Origin: Antedon mediterranea
Taxonomy: Eukaryota; Animalia; Echinodermata
Length of the DNA: 64,000 nt
Direction of reading: 5' to 3'
NCBI RefSeq assembly: GCF_964355755.1
Contig: NC_092673.1
Location: forward strand, 19,031,648-19,095,647
Under the pieces are notes generated by a model, which was given only the letters and a program-made list of their open reading frames with translations, was not told the origin of the DNA and did not search any database. The position numbers were made by a program, and so were the translations under genes. Each line of letters begins with the position of its first letter. Positions within the stretch are counted from its first letter, which is position 1. Shown piece by piece: positions 37,862 through 50,643 of this stretch.

Positions 37862-38102
37862 AGTATAATGTTTATTGAAAACAGTTATTAAATTACATTG
37901 TATGTTATTGTGAAGACCCTAGTGTAGGCCTACTTCATCAATATACCAGATAAAAACAATACTATATTGTTATTGGCTTAGAATTGTAGATGCTATAATT
38001 GTAATTAGTATAGGTTTCTGCCGCGATTGATCTACGCTAATGTTTTTATGACATTAAAGTAGCATTTTATGACCTGTAGTAGCCCTACATCTGAGACAAT
38101 AA

Positions 38103-38668
38103 TACCCCTTTCACACCAAAACTCCGGAGTGTCTCCGGAGACACCCCGGGGTTTATGACCATTCAAAACGTCGAGAAACTCCGGAGATACCCCTTTCACA
38201 CCAACCTAGCAACACCGGGGTTTATAAAATAAAATTGTAAATGTCGCCCTCTATTTTGTTTGTTTACATAGCGACGATCATTAGAATCATTTTAATTAAT
38301 AATATTTTAAATTTAATAATTACTTTCAAAAGTCTCAGAAGTAATATAATGTTTTATTGATACTACTTATTATTTTTGAACCCGCTATATATGTTGTACA
38401 AATATTTAAAGTATTTTGAAATAAAACTAAAGCAATGAGTGATCGTGTGAGGATGACCTTTTGACCCGAAACACTCCGGAGTTTGATGTTGGTACCTTTC
38501 ACACCAAAACACCGGGGTGTCCCCGCAGTTCGCTCTCCGGAGAATGTTCAGCTGTTCAACCCCGCAGTTTTAAAATACCGGAGTTGCTTGATTTTACCTT
38601 TCACACCAAACAGCGGGGCGTCAACTCCGGGGTGTCTCCGGAGTTTTGCTTTTGGTGTGAAAGGGGTA
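38103..38668. mobile_element. PIF/Harbinger-type MITE
   Basis: TIR tacccctttcacaccaaaa / ttttggtgtgaaaggggta, TSD TAA, internal ctccggag repeats. Confidence 0.85.
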
Positions 38669-38687
38669 TAACTATTTATTTGTTGGT

Positions 38688-41092
38688 ATTGTACTACCTT
38701 ACTAATAGACTAAAACGCACTGCTTCCCCAGGGCTGTTAGTCAGGGTATTTGTGTGGGGTATTGTATTACCTTACTTTATGATCCATTTATTAATAGACT
38801 AAAATGCACTGCTTCTCCAGGGCTGTTAGTCAGGGTATTTGTGTGGGGTATTGTACTACCTTACTTTATGATCCATTTATTAATAGACTAAAATGCACTG
38901 CTTCCCCAGGGCTGTTAATCAGGGTATGTGTGTGGGGTATTGTACTGCCTTACTTTATGATCCATTTATTAATAGACTAAAATGTACTGCTTCTCCAGGG
39001 CTGTTAGTCAGGGTATTTGTGTGGGGTATTGTACTACCTTACTTTATGATCCATTTATTAATAGACTAAAATGCACTGCTTCTCCAGGGCTGTTAGTCAG
39101 GGTATTTGTGTGGGGTATTGTACTGTACTACCTTACTTTATGATCCATTTATTAATAGACTAAAATGCACTGCTTCCCCAGGGCTGTTAGTCAGGGTATT
39201 TGTGTGGGGTATTGTACTACCTTAATTACTTTATGATCCATTTATTAATAGACTAAAATGCACTGCTTCCCCAGGGCTGTTAGTCAGGGTATTTGTGTGG
39301 GGTATTGTACTACCTTACTTTATGATCCATTTATTAATAGACTAAAATGCACTGCTTCCCCAGGGCTGTTAGTCAGGGTATTTGTGTGGGGTATTGTACT
39401 ACCTTACTTTATGATCCATTTATTACTAGAGTAAAATGCACTGCTTCCCCAGGGCTGTTAGTCAGGGTATTTGTGTGGGGTATTGTACTACCTTACTTTA
39501 TGATCCATTTATTAATAGACTAAAATGCACTGCTTCCCCAGGGCTGTTAGTCAGGGTATTTGTGTGTGGTATTGTACTACCTTACTTTATGATCCATTTA
39601 TTAATAGACTAAAATGCACTGCTTCCCCAGGGCTGTTAGTCAAGGGTATTTGTGTGGGGTATTGTACTACCTTACTTTATGATCCATTTATTAATAGACT
39701 AAAATGCACTGCTTCCCCAGGGCTGTTAGTCAGGGTATTTGTGTGAGGTATTGTACTAGGGCCTACCTTACTTTAGGATCCATTTATTACTAGACTAAAA
39801 TGCACTGCTTCCACAGGGCTGTTAGTCAGGGTATTTGTGTGGGGTATTGTACTACCTTACTTTATGATCCATTTATTAATAGACTAAAATGCACTGCTTC
39901 CCCAGGGCTGTTAGTCAGGGTATTTGTGTGAGGTATTGTACTACCTTACTTTATGATCCATTTATTACTAGACTAAAATACACTGCTTCCCCAGGGCTGT
40001 TAGTCAGGGTATTTGTGTGGGTATTGTACTACCTTACTTTATGATCCATTTATTAATAGACTAAATGCACTGCTTCCCCAGGGCTGTTAGTCAGGGTAAT
40101 TGTGTGGGGTATTGTACTACCTTACTTTATGATCCATTTATTAATAGACTAAAATGCACTGCTTCCCCAGGGCTGTTAGTCAGGGTATTTGTGTGGGGTA
40201 TTGTACTACCTTACTTTATGATCCATTTATTAATAGACTAAAATGCACTGCTTCCCCAGGGCTGTTAGTCAGGGTATTTGTGTGGGGTATTGTACTACCT
40301 TACTTTATGATCCATTTATTAATAGACTATAATGCACTGCTTCCCCAGGGCTGTTAGTCAGGGTATTTGTGTGGGTATTGTACTACCTTACTTTATGATC
40401 CATTTATTAATAGACTAAAATGCACTGCTTCCCCAGGGCTGTTAGTCAGGGTATTTGTGTGGGGTATTGTACTACCTTACTTTATGATCCATTTATTAAT
40501 AGACTAAAATGCACTGCTTCCCCAGGGCTGTTAGTCAGGGTATTTGTGTGGGTATTGTACTACCTTACTTTATGATCCATTTATTAATAGACTATAATGC
40601 ACTACTTCCCCAGGGCTGTTAGTCAAGGGTATTTGTGTGGGTATTGTACTACCTTACTTTATGATCCATTTATTAATAGACTATAATGCACTGCTTCCCC
40701 AGGGCTGTTAGTCAAGGGTATTTGTGTGGGTATTGTACTACCTTACTTTATGATCCATTTATTAATAGACTAAAATGCACTGCTTCCACAGGGCTGTTAG
40801 TCAGGGTATTTGTGTGGGGTATTGTACTACCTTACTTTATGATCCATTTATTAATAGACTAAAATGCACTGCTTCCCCAGGGCTGTTAGTCAGGGTATTT
40901 GTGTGGGGTATTGTACTACCTTAATTACTTTATGATCCATTTATTAATAGACTAAAATGCACTGCTTCCCCAGGGCTGTTAGTCAGGGTATTTGTGTGGG
41001 GTATTGTACTACCTTACTTTATGATCCATTTATTAATAGACTAAAATGCACTGCTGCCCCAGGGCTGTTAGTCAGGGTATTTGTGTGGGGTA
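38688..41092. repeat. 89-bp satellite (~27 copies)
   Basis: Unit ttgtactaccttactttatgatccatttattaatagactaaaatgcactgcttccccagggctgttagtcagggtatttgtgtggggta. Confidence 0.95.
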
Positions 41093-41856
41093 TAATACGG
41101 TAGTTTAGTTCTGTAGTCTATAATGCTTTATATTTCACATGACAGAAGATTGTAAAAATCTGTTGAATCAGTAAGTTTGTCTAACCTGCATAACATAATA
41201 CCACACTCATGTTGGGGGAAATACACCAGGAGTAGATCCAGGATTTAGAGGGGAGGGCTAATAATAGACTCTGGAAAGAAGCCTAGGCCCTATGGTTGTA
41301 ATCAAAATTTTAAATGTCCTCTTTCGCCATGCTTTTATAAAGTCTCCCACCATTTAATTTTTATGATTTCAGACCTCCACATACTAAAATGGCGGTGAAA
41401 AATAACACTTTTGGTTTTTAATAATAAATGAACAATAAATGATATCATTATTGAATAAACAATTGTTTATCTCATAATAAATATATTTAATTCAAAATAA
41501 AGTTCTGTTCTTATTGTAATATCCATTTTTTTTATCCATAATTGTTATTTTAAAATATTTTGTATAAAGCTGGTAGACTGCTCACAATAAAATACAGACA
41601 GTAGTTTTTGTTTCATTATGCAAAATATGATTTTTTTTAAATTAATAATTTATAATTAGGTGATACATTTAATATCTATAGATTCTAGTGCATTCTCCAT
41701 ACAAATACCAATTTCTGATAAATAAAATGAATGTGATGTGAAGTAGGATTGGCTTTCCCATGGATATCTTTTTTCCTTCTTGATATACAGTACCTGAGTA
41801 CCAATAATTAACCAGTATATAGGCCAATAAATAATATTATCAATAATATTATCACA

Positions 41857-42935
41857 GGGTGTCACGAAACCTCAGACCACGAAAGCTCAGACCCCCTAAG
41901 ACCTAAGATCACGAAAGCTAAGACCCAACACCTAAGATTACAAATACTAAGATATACTACAGCTTAAAAACAATACTTGTTTATCCATACATAATTTTAA
42001 ACACAGTAGGTTTCATTTATTACCATAAATATAATTTAATACTACCGCAAAACATAGATAAACTCACATTATTTTCGCCCGTTGAGTAAATGTATATTTT
42101 TTCTTTACAACAAACAAACTTGACGGGTTGTTTGTTGGTATATATTTACTCCATTGTGTTGGTTCAGAGGATGTTTTTCTTACGCACCTGCCTTTCTTGT
42201 ATTTTGACTCCAAATTTGTTGACTAACTTTATCCTGAACACCACACTTTAAAATTAGGACTTATAAGTACTTTCAGAAGGAGAAACACATAATAACAAAT
42301 AAATAAATCCTTTAAATTGATGATTTTACAGATGTGTTTCTTTGTATACTGTAATGTAACTCCTCGAGCTCCCATGCTCAATGTTTTTGTTTCTATGGAG
42401 CGCCAAAAGAGCAACAATAATAGTACAAGTATAAAAACAGAAAGAAAACGAAACAAAAAAACTTATCATGATTTTTAAATTAAAATTTATTTGCCAGTAT
42501 TTATTTCTTCGTACTTGCATGATTATACTATTATCATTACAATTTTAATTTTACATTGTTCCATCCACACTGTAGATGGACTCCACAGAGTTTTCAGCCC
42601 TCTATATAATTTTTGCTCTTTTGACGTTCCATAGAAACAAAAACATTGAACATGGCCCATGGGGTAGGCCTACTGTACTGTAGGCTAGTCATTTTGTGTG
42701 CGAGAAAAACGTCTGTAAAATCATCAATTTAAAAATGTATTTTTTACTTTTTATGTGATTCTTTTTCATGAAAGTGCCAATTCTAAGGTGTGGTATTCAG
42801 AATAAATGTTAGGAGTTAAAATACAAGGCAGGTGCGAAAGATAAATATTTGTAATCTTAGGTGTTGGGTCTTAGCTTTCGTGATCTTAGGTCTTAGGGGG
42901 TCTGAGCTTTCGTGGTCTGAGGTTTCGTGACACCC
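41857..42935. mobile_element. MULE/Mutator-like fold-back non-autonomous element
   Basis: ~90-bp near-perfect TIR starting gggtgtcacgaaacctcagacc, 10-bp TSD tattatcaca, additional internal inverted similarity 42180-42420 vs 42610-42840. Confidence 0.88.
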
Positions 42936-43539
42936 TATTATCACAACATAAAATGGCATAGTACCCAGCTAGCAATTTGACATTGGCCCGACGTCGGCAA
43001 GCGTCGGCAGACGTTGACAAAGTCGCGGGCAAATTGCCGACGTTATTACAACGTTATTACAACGTGTACTATAAGTCGTGAATTTAATGGTTGTTAACCT
43101 AACGTCCTGCCGACGTCGTATTTACGTTGAAAAATTGACAAAAAAATGTGCCTTGCGATTACATAAATCCAACGTCAGTTTGACGTCGTTATCATTGGTT
43201 GGCACAACGTCTGCAAACGTCAACATATTAAAGTAATTATGACACGTCGCATCAACGTTGGCAAAACGTTGTAAAGAGTTGTCAACAATCAAACGTCGTC
43301 ACAACGTTGACAATTTGCCAATATATGACAACTTATCAAGTCGGCAAATTATTGTTGGTTTAACGTCGCCATTAGTCGTTGGTTCACCGTTAGCGAATGT
43401 CGACACACTAAAGTCATTTTCCTCACGTTGCACCGACATCGGCTAATGGTTGTAAAATTTATGTAGGCATTTTAACGTCTACCCAACGTTTGAAATTGGA
43501 TACAAGACTTTAAGCATTTGGGTTGTTCATTTATGTCGA

Positions 43540-45990
43540 TTCAACGTCAAATAAAAGTTGTTAAGCCAACGTCAGCAATTGTCAACAACATTACATTGAC
43601 TTGTTCCACGTCATACAGACGTTGGCTTATAGTTGTATACGTTAAGTCGGATATCAAACGTCGTGCCAACGCTTGAAATTGACGCAAAATACTATCATTT
43701 ATGGTCACTATTCTAGCGTCAGTTTAACGTCAAATAAAAGTTGTTAAGCCAACGTCAGCAATTGTCAAAAATATTACATTGACTTGTTCCACGTCATGCA
43801 GACGTTGGCTAATAGTTGTATACGTTAAGTCTGATATCAAACGTCGTGCCAACGCTTGAAATTGACGCAAAATACTATCATTTATGGTCACTATTCTAGC
43901 GTCAGTTTAACGTCAAATAAAAGTTGTTAAGCCAACGTCAGCAATTGTCAAAAATATTACATTGACTTGTTCCACGTCATACAGACGTTGGCTTATAGTT
44001 GTATACGTTAAGTCTGATATCAAACGTCATACCAACGCTTGAAATTGACGCAAAATACAATCATTTATGGTCACTATTCTAGCGTCAGTTTAACGTCAAA
44101 TAAAAGTTGTTAAGCCAACGTCAGCAATTGTCAACAACATTACATTGACTTGTTCCACGTCATGCAGACGTTGGCTAAACGTTGTATACGTTAAGTCTGA
44201 TATCAAACGTCGTGCCAACGCTTGAAATTGACGCAAAATACTAGCATTTATGGTCACTATTCTAGCGTCAGTTTAACGTCAAATAAAAGTTGTTAAGCCA
44301 ACGTCAGCAATTGTCAACAACATTACATTGACTTGTTCCACGTCATACAGACGTTGGCTAATAGTTGTATACGTTAAGTCTGATATCAAACGTCGTGCCA
44401 ACGCTTGAAATTGACGCAAAATACAATCATTTATGGTCACTATTCTAGCGTCAGTTTAACGTCAAATAAAAGTTGTTAAGCCAACGTCAGCAATTGTCAA
44501 CAACATTACATTGACTTGTTCCACGTCATGCAGACGTTGGCTAAAAGTTGTATACGTTAAGTCTGATATCAAACGTCGTGCCAACGCTTGAAATTGACGC
44601 AAAATACTAGCATTTATGGTCACTATTCTAGCGTCAGTTTAACGTCAAATAAAAGTTGTTAAGCCAACGTCAGCAATTGTCAACAACATTACATTGACTT
44701 GTTCCACGTCATACAGACGTTGGCTAATAGTTGTATACGTTAAGTCTGATATCAAACGTCTTGCCAACGCTTGAAATTGACGCAAAATACAATCATTTAT
44801 GGTCACTATTCTAGCGTCAGTTTAACGTCAAATAAAAGTTGTTAAGCCAACGTCAGCAATTGTCAACAACATTACATTGACTTGTTCCACGTCATGCAGA
44901 CGTTGGCTAATAGTTGTATACGTTAAGTCTGATATCAAACGTCGTGCCAACGCTTGAAATTGACGCAAAATACTAGCATTTATGGTCACTATTCTAGCGT
45001 CAGTTTAACGTCAAATAAAAGTTGTTAAGCCAACGTCAGCAATTGTCAAAAATATTACATTGACTTGTTCCACGTCATGCAGACGTTGGCTAATAGTTGT
45101 ATACGTTAAGTCTGATATCAAACGTCATACCAACGCTTGAAATTGACGCAAAATACAATCATTTATGGTCACTATTCTAGCGTCAGTTTAACGTCAAATA
45201 AAAGTTGTTAAGCCAACGTCAGCAATTGTCAACAACATTACATTGACTTGTTCCACGTCATACAGACGTTGGCTAATAGTTGTATACGTTAAGTCTGATA
45301 TCAAACGTCGTGCCAACGCTTGAAATTGACGCAAAATACAATCATTTATGGTCTATTCTAGCGTCAGTTTAACGTCAAATAAAAGTTGTTAAGCCAACGT
45401 CAGCAATTGTCAACAACATTACATTGACTTGTTCCACGTCATGCAGACGTTGGCTAATAGTTGTATACGTTAAGTCTGATATCAAACGTCGTGCCAACGC
45501 TTGAAATTGACGCAAAATACTAGCATTTATGGTCACTATTCTAGCGTCAGTTTAACGTCAAATGAAAGTTGTTAAGCCAACGTCAGCAATTGTCAAAAAT
45601 ATTACATTGACTTGTTCCACGTCATGCAGACGTTGGCTAATAGTTGTATACGTTAAGTCTGATATCAAACGTCATACCAACGCTTGAAATTGACGCAAAA
45701 TACAATCATTTATGGTCACTATTCTAGCGTCAGTTTAACGTCAAATAAAAGTTGTTAAGCCAACGTCAGCAATTGTCAACAACATTACATTGACTTGTTC
45801 CACGTCATGCAGACGTTGGCTTATAGTTGTATACGTTAAGTCTGATATCAAACGTCGTGCCAACGCTTGAAATTGATGCAAAATACAATCATTTATGGTC
45901 ACTATTCTAGCGTCAGTTTAACGTCAAATAAAAGTTTGTTAAGCCAACGTCAGCAATTGTCAACGACATTACATTGACTTGTTTCACATT
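43540..45990. repeat. 183-bp tandem array (~13 copies), left subterminal region of the EnSpm-type element
   Basis: Period of 183 measured at ataaaagttg (43551/43734/43917). Confidence 0.93.
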
Positions 45991-47379
45991 GACTTTATAG
46001 TAACAATTGTATTACTGGTTAAGTCGGATTTTAAACGTCGTACCAACGCTTAAATATTACAAACATATCGTGTTTATTCCAAACTTGATAGAGTAACTGA
46101 TTGACAACTTACTAAATAATACAATACCCCACATAGAAAAGTTGATTCAAACAAAATGCAATTTTATGTTTTGATATGGATATTAAAGAAAAGTAGGCCT
46201 ATATTCTTCTTTAGATTGTTTCTAAATATTTTTGAACATTAATTAGGACATCTAACTTTATATATTAAGAGAATGTCTGTACACTTATCGTTTGAATGCA
46301 GCTATTGAAATGGAATGATTGATTTAATGATGGTCATCCTAATTATGGTTCCATTTAAAATAAATGGCGCCCCCATTCAAGAAACTGAATGTAATCAAAG
46401 ATCTTATAAAATTAATGAAAATACAAAATCTACAATTTACAAGGAACCAATTATTGGTATTAAAAGATAAATATTGAAATATGTACTTGGCTATTTTTCT
46501 AAACGGAAAAATGCAACCATACCACCATACATCATAAATGCAAAATAAAGAAAAACGATTAAGTTCATTCCACTGATAATACGTTTAATTGCATTTTCAT
46601 TTCAACAGCCTAACATTAAATTTATTTAAAAACATTTGTCAAGATAGATATTGGGAATACACCTCCATTTTTTCGCAATATAAGAGAAGCTAATAACGAA
46701 TTGACAAATGGTCAAACAATAAACGGTCTCAGAAAACGATGTTATAACGTTCATGATCTGTAATGTTCGCTGATATTATAAAAACTAAAAAGTAGGCATA
46801 GGTTAAGTTTAATTCGTAGTAAGATATATGTGTGTATTATATTATATACTCCAAAGTAACTAAATTCTACAGAGGCTTCAAATTTAATTTATGTAAAAAT
46901 AAAAATTGTACATGAATGTTAATGAACTATTTGGGCTTATAAACTTATGTTATGTTATGTTCTAAATTACCGAACGTAAAACAAAAAATGATGAGATACA
47001 AAAATGTGGATAAAGAAAGAAATAATGCGCAAGACATAAAATTAAAATAATACATTATTATGTAAGCAGTGTATAAATTGTTGAACAAAGTATTAATATA
47101 GTTCATATGTTATATATTATTTGTCTTGTTAAATAAATTTGTAAGGCCCTATACTGTTATTCTTTAAGGAAAGTTGATATACCCTATTATTTTATGCCTA
47201 TTAATAGTATTAATATTGTTTAAGTAAATATTTTGTCTAATTGCCTTGATTTTGTGTATAGGCCAATGGCATCAAATTTGTCTCAAAGCAAATTAAAGAC
47301 ACTTTTAGACACATGATTCATTGATTTCTGATATAATATTCTGTACTTGTGTATGCATTACTAAAATAGTTATATTATG

Positions 47380-48830
47380 TTTCATTTATAATGTATGTAA
47401 ACATTTATTCATTTTTTTAAAACAAATCGGTGCACTTTTTCTGTTGTTTTTGTTTAATTAATTTTAATTAAAATTATGACAACAATTCCTATCTAACCTA
47501 GATTCACACAAAAACAATTACTTCCTAATAAAATTGTATAATGGTATACATTACAGAGCATTGAATAAACTCGAGCGGAATATTAACGCACATAAAAAAA
47601 CATTCATTTTCTTGTCGAAAAGTGCCCTCTCTAGTTTTCTATTGATTTAATAATTATTAATAATTAATTAATGGGTAATATTAAAATATTTTTAACTTTT
47701 AATGTTAGAAGTTGGTTCTACTCCTAACAAAGTTTCATATCTCCAAATTTCAACAAGGTAGACAAAGCACTTCAATAAATATCACATTTAACATCACAAA
47801 TTAGGATTATGGATTGAATTTTTGCTAATAATTTTCGATAAAAAATACTTTTCGTATTTAAAAACATTTGATACTTGGTGTGAATATTCAATATAAGTTA
47901 CTCTATCCATATTGCTAAAGAAAAATAAATATCAAACCATAATTCACTGATTGTTGTGATTTACGTTTTTACAAAATTTACACTTATGAACGACCATACA
48001 ATTCCAACTCATTTTTTCAACCTAATAACGATTTAAAAAAAAAAAACCAACAGAAAAGGGTTATGAAAGCAATTTTGTTTCTGTGAATAGAGCAACCTAT
48101 ATTGAACATATAAAACGAGTTTCAACTGTTTTTAAATACGAAAAGTATTTTTTATCGACGTTTTTTATATATGTTTTTAGGCAAAAATTCCTTCAATAAC
48201 CCTAATTTGTGATGTTAAATATGATATTTATTGAAGTAATTAGACAACGTTGTTGAAATTTGGAGATATGAAATTTTGTTAGGAGTAGATCCAACTTCCT
48301 ACATTAAATGTTAAAAACATGTTAACCTTACCCATTAATTAATTATAAATAATTAATAAATCAATAGAAAACTAGAGAGGGCACTTTTCGATAAGAAAAT
48401 GATTATGTTTTTTATGTACGTTATTATTCCGCTCGAGTTTATTCAACATACTGTATTGTATACTACAGTAATATACTATTTTATTGGAAAGTAAATATTT
48501 TTGTGTGAATCTTCTTGGAGTTCTTTGAAAGAGTATCCGCTTATACTTCTTTTCTTCAGATTCAACATCTGATTTAGGTCTTAAATGTGCACACACACTT
48601 CCTGAACCAACATAGTACATTGAAAGTCAAATGAATTGTTTTAACTTTTTTTATTGAAAACAATCTGACTCAAAACATATTATCAGTGACAATAATAGAA
48701 AGGTTAGATAGGTTTGTTGTAATAATTTTTAATTAAAATTAATTAAACAAAAAACAACAGAAAAGTGCACTTTTTTGTTTTAAAAAATGTAAAAAAATGA
48801 ATAAATATTTACTTACATTATAAATGTAAA
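47380..48830. repeat. ~1.45-kb AT-rich fold-back (inverted arms ~47380-47870 vs ~48125-48830)
   Basis: For example ttgaataaactcgagcggaat / attccgctcgagtttattcaa and gtgcactttttctgttg / caacagaaaagtgcac; right arm has a ~190-bp insert. Confidence 0.75.
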
Positions 48831-50172
48831 CATTTCGATAAGAAAATGATTATGTTTTTTATGTACGGTATTATTCCGCCCGAGTTTATTCAACATACTG
48901 TATTATTATACTATTTTATTGGGAATACATTAATTTACACATTCATAGAAATATATGGTTCATACTTTTTTAACATAAATATTTAGCCATTTACTTTGAT
49001 CGATACATTTATAATTTATACCGATAATAGTACACCTATTATTGTATAGCATTACCATGTTTTCACCCATATTAATAATTCTGCATTTTCAATTCAATAA
49101 TCAATTTCATTTATTTATTTCAACACACATTTAAATCGGTGATTGACAGCAAAATAAATAAACAACAGGCGCGTATCTTAATACATGTAGGCCTATACTA
49201 TTTGTAAATATTATAAACAAAAAACATATATATAGAAAATGAAATGAAGTACATTTAGACCATTTTGAGCATATTTTCACTTATTATTAGGCCTATGTCA
49301 AAAACCGAAATTGAAAATGATAAAAAAAAAAGCTGAATGAAAAAATATTTAGGCCTACACATGTTGCGGGGATATATTAAAAAATGATTTCGTAATTGGT
49401 ACTTCTCTTTAAAATGTACTAATTTCATTATTTTTTTTGTTTGGATTTTGAAATTATTAAATACGAATTATACTACTTTTATCCATATGTACTGTACGAT
49501 ATTTGTACTAAATCATTTCTCCAAATAAACATTGTGTTTAAAAACTTAAATTGCTCTCTGTTTGCGCTGTATGCAACATTACATATACGCATTGGCTCCG
49601 GTTGGGGGAGGAGGGGGAATTACCAACCTGACGTTTATTACAATATCGGAGCAACAGATACTGTAATGCGTAAGTTCAACAAAAGATGCGCGTAGGCCTA
49701 CACAGTGTTTGTGCGAAATGTGTGTTTCATTAAAAATGCGAGACCCGTGACGTGTTAAAACTCTGTGAGCTGATATTATAGTTTGACAATAGGGAATGGT
49801 GTGTGGGGTGCTACAGTCCGCAGTAAATTGGAGGGATACGTGGGACTGTGGGCAGTAGCGAATTAAAAGTTCACACCATATTAATTCTAAAAAATAATTG
49901 ATGAGATGCTCTTTAGTTTTCGTTTTAGCTATTAATGTATTTCATTCAGCAGAACATTTTATTTAAATTACATTCGTATACCCCTTCAGTTAAGATACAT
50001 AAAAAGTGTGTGCGGGTGGCCGTTTCGAAAACGCGGATGTTAAGTTTTGATGGATGTAACTGAACATATTTGGAGGTGCGAAAAAGTCTCCACGACATTG
50101 GCCCATCATGTTTTTTACTTCATTTCCAAATAAACATATAATGTTTTAAGGATGAATGATAAAATAATTTGA

Positions 50173-50442
50173 TTTTTTTTTTATTTGATTTGAGTATTTA
50201 AAAACTTTAATTACTCTCTGTTTTTGCATACGCTGTTTTTGATACTTTATTCACATGCCGATGTAAATGTCCTTCAATCCTGTCGGTTGTTTACGAAAAC
50301 CGAATGCCAATGCTTATATCGTAAACAACCGACAGGATTGAAGGACATTCGCATCGGCATGTGAATAAAGTATCAAAAACAGCGTATGCAAAAACAGAGA
50401 GTAATTAAAGTTTTTAAATACTCAAATCAAATAAAAAAAAAA
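50173..50442. repeat. near-perfect palindrome (~124-bp arms, 22-nt loop)
   Basis: 50173-50296 is the reverse complement of 50319-50442 with 2 mismatches. Confidence 0.92.
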
Positions 50443-50601
50443 CTCCTACCAGCGTGCAAAAATGCATTACTGTAGGTATTCTTGGGAATGGGATATGTAA
50501 CTAATTCCACGTGTAAATCGAGTCGACTTGACACGGATGCCCGGATGTACTCTCCTAAATGTTTTTAAAAAAGCCAGAGACGATATATATATATAAATCA
50601 C

Positions 50602-50643
50602 TTGCACTGATGAAGGGCTAGTGTTGGCCGAAAGCTCTGCTAA
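50602..50643 (+). ncRNA. minimal type-I hammerhead ribozyme motif (Penelope-like element pLTR relic)
   Basis: gca-CTGATGA-ag-ggcta(gtgt)tggcc-GAAA-gc-TC-tgc: both conserved core boxes, stem II, palindromic AGCT stem III, short stem I. Confidence 0.6.
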
